Below are positions 60,799 through 64,000 of a stretch of 64,000 nucleotides of DNA, one piece after another (the first letter of the stretch is position 1; the number at the start of each line of letters is the position of its first letter). Origin of the DNA: Waterburya sp. (lineage in GTDB: Bacteria; Cyanobacteriota; Cyanobacteriia; Cyanobacteriales; Xenococcaceae); NCBI GenBank assembly GCA_965217895.1, contig CBDCJV010000002.1, positions 1,088,001 to 1,152,000 of the forward strand, given 5' to 3'. The position numbers and the translations under genes were made by a program. A model generated the notes under the pieces. That model was not told where the DNA came from. It did no database searches and worked only from the letters and a program-made list of their open reading frames with translations.

Positions 60799-62604
60799 TT
60801 GACTAATCGAAGACGACTACAAGAAATTCTGATTAATACTCCCTTGCTACTGCGCTTAGTGTGGCAAGCTACTCCAGTTTATTTATTTCTATCTTTAGCG
60901 GTGACAGGATTTCAATCTCTAGTACCTGCCCTGATGCTATTAGTTGATAAAGCGATTGTCGATCTGGTAATTGCTAACTGGGGTAATACTAATTTTGCTT
61001 GGCGACCTTTAATTGTATTAGTAATGATAAGGTTCGGGATTGGTTTATTAGCAGCCGTCTTAAATCAGGTCAATCTCTATGTAGCGCAGATCTTTAACGA
61101 TCGCCTGATGCTCCATACGAAATATATTTTATTGGAAAAGTCTGCCCAGCTAGATCTAGCTCATTTTGAATCTTCGGAATTTTATGACACTTTAAGTCGC
61201 GCCGAAAATAGCGGTAGTAATTATCCCGTTCAGGTTATTAAGCTGCTTACTAGTTTGTTTGGTCAGGCAATTACTTTAGTTAGCTTGTTGGGGCTGCTAC
61301 TGGAGTTCAATCTAGCAATTGTTCCTTTACTATTTTTTACAGCTTTGCCTTCATTTTGGACTAGCATTGTCTATTCTGGTAGGCGTTTTTGGATGGTACG
61401 GCTAGAAACGGAAAGCGGGCGACTGTCAGATTATATTCAGCGCGTTTTAACCAATCCTAATTTTGCTAAAGAAGTGCGACTATTTAACTTAGGCGGGCAT
61501 TTATTGAGCCAGTGGATTGCAATCCGTCAGGACTTTAACAGAAAATCAGCAGCGATCGCCTCTGAATATGCCAGAATGCGAGGTTTATCAGGAATATTTG
61601 TAAACGCTGGTTTTTATATCGCCTATGGCTGGACTCTGGTGCAAACAATTAACGCCAAAATCACCGTAGGTGACTTTACTATGTATACAGGAGCATTTAG
61701 TCAAGCACAGCAGCTATTGCCTGCTATTCTCGAAAATTTGGCAAAAATATATGAATCTAATCTTTATGTCTCCCAATACTTTGAATTTTTAGACCTTAAG
61801 CCAGAAATAACTAATATTCCTCGTCCTAAACCTTTTCCTCAACTAATTAAACAAGGATTATCAATTAAAAATGTATCCTTTACTTATCCAGGAGCAACCG
61901 CGCCTACACTACGCAATCTAGATTTGCAGGTTAACCCAGGAGAAAGTATTGCACTTGTTGGTTTAAATGGCGCAGGAAAAACCACTTTGCTGAAGCTTCT
62001 TACTAGGCTATACGACGTAGATTCAGGCATAATTACGATTGATGGCATACCCCTCTGGCAATTTAAGCTATCGGAACTGCATTCCAACATTGGTGTCCTC
62101 AATCAAGACTTTGCTCGTTATCAGCTAAGTGCTAGGGACAACATTGGTTTTGGCAACTTAAAAGAACGAGAAAACCAGTTACGTATTGAAGAAGCTGCGC
62201 TAAATTCTGGGGCGGATCGGGTAGTGAAAGCTCTTAGTGATGCCTATGAAACCCGTTTGGGAAAGATGTTCAAAGGTGGAGTGGATCTCTCAGGGGGACA
62301 ATGGCAAAAAATTGGCATGGCACGAGCGTTTATGACCGATGCACCTATCTTAATTTTAGATGAACCTACTGCTGCCCTAGATGCGATCGCAGAGTATGAA
62401 TTGTTTGAAAAATTCCGAACTTTAACCGCAGGCAAAATGACCTTTTTTGTCAGCCATCGTTTTTCAACGGTACAGCTAGCCGATCGCATTGTAGTCTTAG
62501 AAAATAGTCGTATTATTGAAGTCGGATCTCATCAAGAACTAATGGCAAACAACGGACTATATGCCGAGATGTTTAGCCTCCAAGCCTCAAGCTACACAAT
62601 GTAA
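60799..62604 (+). CDS. ABC transporter, fused permease and ATP-binding domains
   Basis: TM domain, GLNGAGKTT, LSGGQWQK, LDEPTAALD and SHRFSTV; TTG start. Confidence 0.92.
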   Translation: MTNRRRLQEILINTPLLLRLVWQATPVYLFLSLAVTGFQSLVPALMLLVDKAIVDLVIANWGNTNFAWRPLIVLVMIRFGIGLLAAVLNQVNLYVAQIFNDRLMLHTKYILLEKSAQLDLAHFESSEFYDTLSRAENSGSNYPVQVIKLLTSLFGQAITLVSLLGLLLEFNLAIVPLLFFTALPSFWTSIVYSGRRFWMVRLETESGRLSDYIQRVLTNPNFAKEVRLFNLGGHLLSQWIAIRQDFNRKSAAIASEYARMRGLSGIFVNAGFYIAYGWTLVQTINAKITVGDFTMYTGAFSQAQQLLPAILENLAKIYESNLYVSQYFEFLDLKPEITNIPRPKPFPQLIKQGLSIKNVSFTYPGATAPTLRNLDLQVNPGESIALVGLNGAGKTTLLKLLTRLYDVDSGIITIDGIPLWQFKLSELHSNIGVLNQDFARYQLSARDNIGFGNLKERENQLRIEEAALNSGADRVVKALSDAYETRLGKMFKGGVDLSGGQWQKIGMARAFMTDAPILILDEPTAALDAIAEYELFEKFRTLTAGKMTFFVSHRFSTVQLADRIVVLENSRIIEVGSHQELMANNGLYAEMFSLQASSYTM

Positions 62605-62857
62605 CTTGCTCAATTGCTCGGCAATTATTAGTCACAGATTACTCTATGATTTTGACCTCAACTTAACTGTCTATTTTCAAGACAGGTCTATTTTATTAAG
62701 CTTTACTTAACAAAGCTAGAATACGTTTGGTGTGAATTAAAACTTGCTTTTAGGATAGCTTTGGTTATGGAAATATTAGCTTTTTCGAGTTGCAGGAAAA
62801 CAAACACGCCTCCTAACCTATCCTATAAAAGGTGATGAATTTTCACGTAGTTTTCTA

Positions 62858-62940
62858 AAGCTAATAGCAGGCTTTGGAAAGCCTCGCCTGCACAAAGTGC
62901 AGTCGGCGAACTCCAGTTCGCGCTGATAGCTAATAGCTAA
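62858..62940. repeat. ATAGCTA heptamer array interrupted by GC-rich micro-hairpins (SDR-like)
   Basis: AAGCTAATAGC[AGGCTTTGGAAAGCCT CGCCTGCACAAAGTGCAGTCG GCGAACTCCAGTTCGCGC]TGATAGCTAATAGCTAA. Confidence 0.55.
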
Positions 62941-62967
62941 AAACTAGTAAATTAGAGCGAAGCTAAT

Positions 62968-63471
62968 TCACACTAAGCTCAGAATACCTAGTATTACAGC
63001 GATTAATGCAAGAGCAAACCAGATAAACTGATTGTCTTGGCTATCAGTTGGTGATGTTTCAAAATCTTCTTGTTTAGATAAATTTTTAGCCGTCTGCCTT
63101 TTAGCCGCAACATAACGAGATGCACCTGGGTCGGTGTCAGCCAAATCAGGAATCTCACTCATCCATTCTCTAGGTCGCTCAAGCCTAGGAGCTTTGATAA
63201 TATAGAGAATACGCTGTGCCTGTTCGCGGGTTTTAAGGTTGGGATGGGTAATTAGTTTTTCACATAAAGCGATCGCATCACTAATTTGATTAGTAGCCTG
63301 ATAAGCAGTAACCAGCCAAATTTGAGCCTCTCCTCCTTGGCGAGAATTGCCTGAGACTAATTCTTGTGCAGCTTCTAAATGCTGGATACTGAGGCGATAC
63401 TGTCCTCTTTCTAAAGCTAGTTTTCCTGCTTCGTATTCTTGATGAAACTTTTCTGAATTATACACCGTCAC
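62968..63471 (-). CDS. TPR-like conserved hypothetical protein with a C-terminal TM anchor
   Basis: Y..G..A.ERG.YR.S, GGEAQIWLVTAYQA and AP.L.RP.EW..EIPDL. Confidence 0.8.
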   Translation of the reverse strand: MTVYNSEKFHQEYEAGKLALERGQYRLSIQHLEAAQELVSGNSRQGGEAQIWLVTAYQATNQISDAIALCEKLITHPNLKTREQAQRILYIIKAPRLERPREWMSEIPDLADTDPGASRYVAAKRQTAKNLSKQEDFETSPTDSQDNQFIWFALALIAVILGILSLV

Positions 63472-63571
63472 TTTAAATATATTGTGGAAATTACTTAGAT
63501 TTATTATTAAATAATACCAAGTCGCAAAGTAATGAAAAGGCTCGTATCAATACTCTTGCCTTGTTATACAA

Positions 63572-64000
63572 TCATTTAAAATCAATCAAAGGACCGTAAG
63601 GAACTATGCCACTAGGATTAATATGAGGATGGCTTTGATAGTAATGCAGTTTGATATGCTCTAAGTTGCAGGTATCTTGAACTCCAGGATATTGATAAAT
63701 TTTCGTTAAATAGTGCCATAAATTAGGATAATCCCAAATATGGCGGAGATTGCACTTAAAATGTACATAATAAACTGCATCAAAGCGAAATAAGGTAGTG
63801 AACATACAGATATCTGCTTCAGTTAAAGTATCCCCACAAAGATATTGTTGTTTTGCTAGTACATCTTCCCAATAATCTAAGGCTGCGAACAATTCTTTAA
63901 CTGCTTCCTCATAAGCCTCTTGGGATTTAGCAAATCCAGCTTTGTAAACGCCATTATTAATTGGATCGTAAATGTCATCGATCGCCCGATCTATTCTCTC
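63572..64000 (-). CDS. Glutathione S-transferase, glutathionyl-hydroquinone reductase (YqjG/ECM4) family; 5' part lies outside the window
   Basis: Frame is open to the window end: IY..INNGVYKAGFA.SQ.AY, TL.RFD.VY..HFKCN and YYQSH..INPSGIVP.GP. Confidence 0.92.
   Translation of the reverse strand, partial: ERIDRAIDDIYDPINNGVYKAGFAKSQEAYEEAVKELFAALDYWEDVLAKQQYLCGDTLTEADICMFTTLFRFDAVYYVHFKCNLRHIWDYPNLWHYLTKIYQYPGVQDTCNLEHIKLHYYQSHPHINPSGIVPYGPLIDFK

Noticed and set aside
62652..62668. SoxR/MerR-like box TTGACCTCAACTTAACT
   Set aside because: Only half of the palindrome is present, and it lies between convergent genes with no downstream target.

Overview
Cyanobacterial chromosomal DNA, AT-rich and dense in HIP1 octamers (GCGATCGC), carrying psbA, a Tab2-family gene and a KaiB-domain gene. 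Pleurocapsales-like affiliation is my impression only. Most of the window is housekeeping: Cu-ATPase, glpD, gghA, pilT, PBP1A, pyrE, tRNA(CAT), egtD, frmA, menE, two-component and c-di-GMP genes, LysR/pirin and psbA. An accessory-looking block of about 10 kb (9.6-19.5 kb) lies between glpD and gghA. The most notable items are: (1) a ~520-bp cassette in which a four-helix-bundle (23S rRNA IVS/Avd-like) gene is enclosed by 31-bp inverted heptamer arrays and sits between IS200/IS605-like left and right ends, with no transposase; (2) a ~100-bp MITE-like family with four copies and an internal heptamer array, expanded to 32 units in one copy; (3) a 1091-aa sulfotransferase/coiled-coil/double-GT2 protein resembling a glycan polymerase-terminator, whose coiled-coil 'ruler' is built from near-identical 126-bp repeats; (4) a Firmicutes-type YjdF gene and a DevBCA exporter with its own TolC carrying an N-terminal duplication. 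No CRISPR array, rRNA, intact transposase or prophage was seen. All protein calls come from motif recognition by eye; no database search was run.
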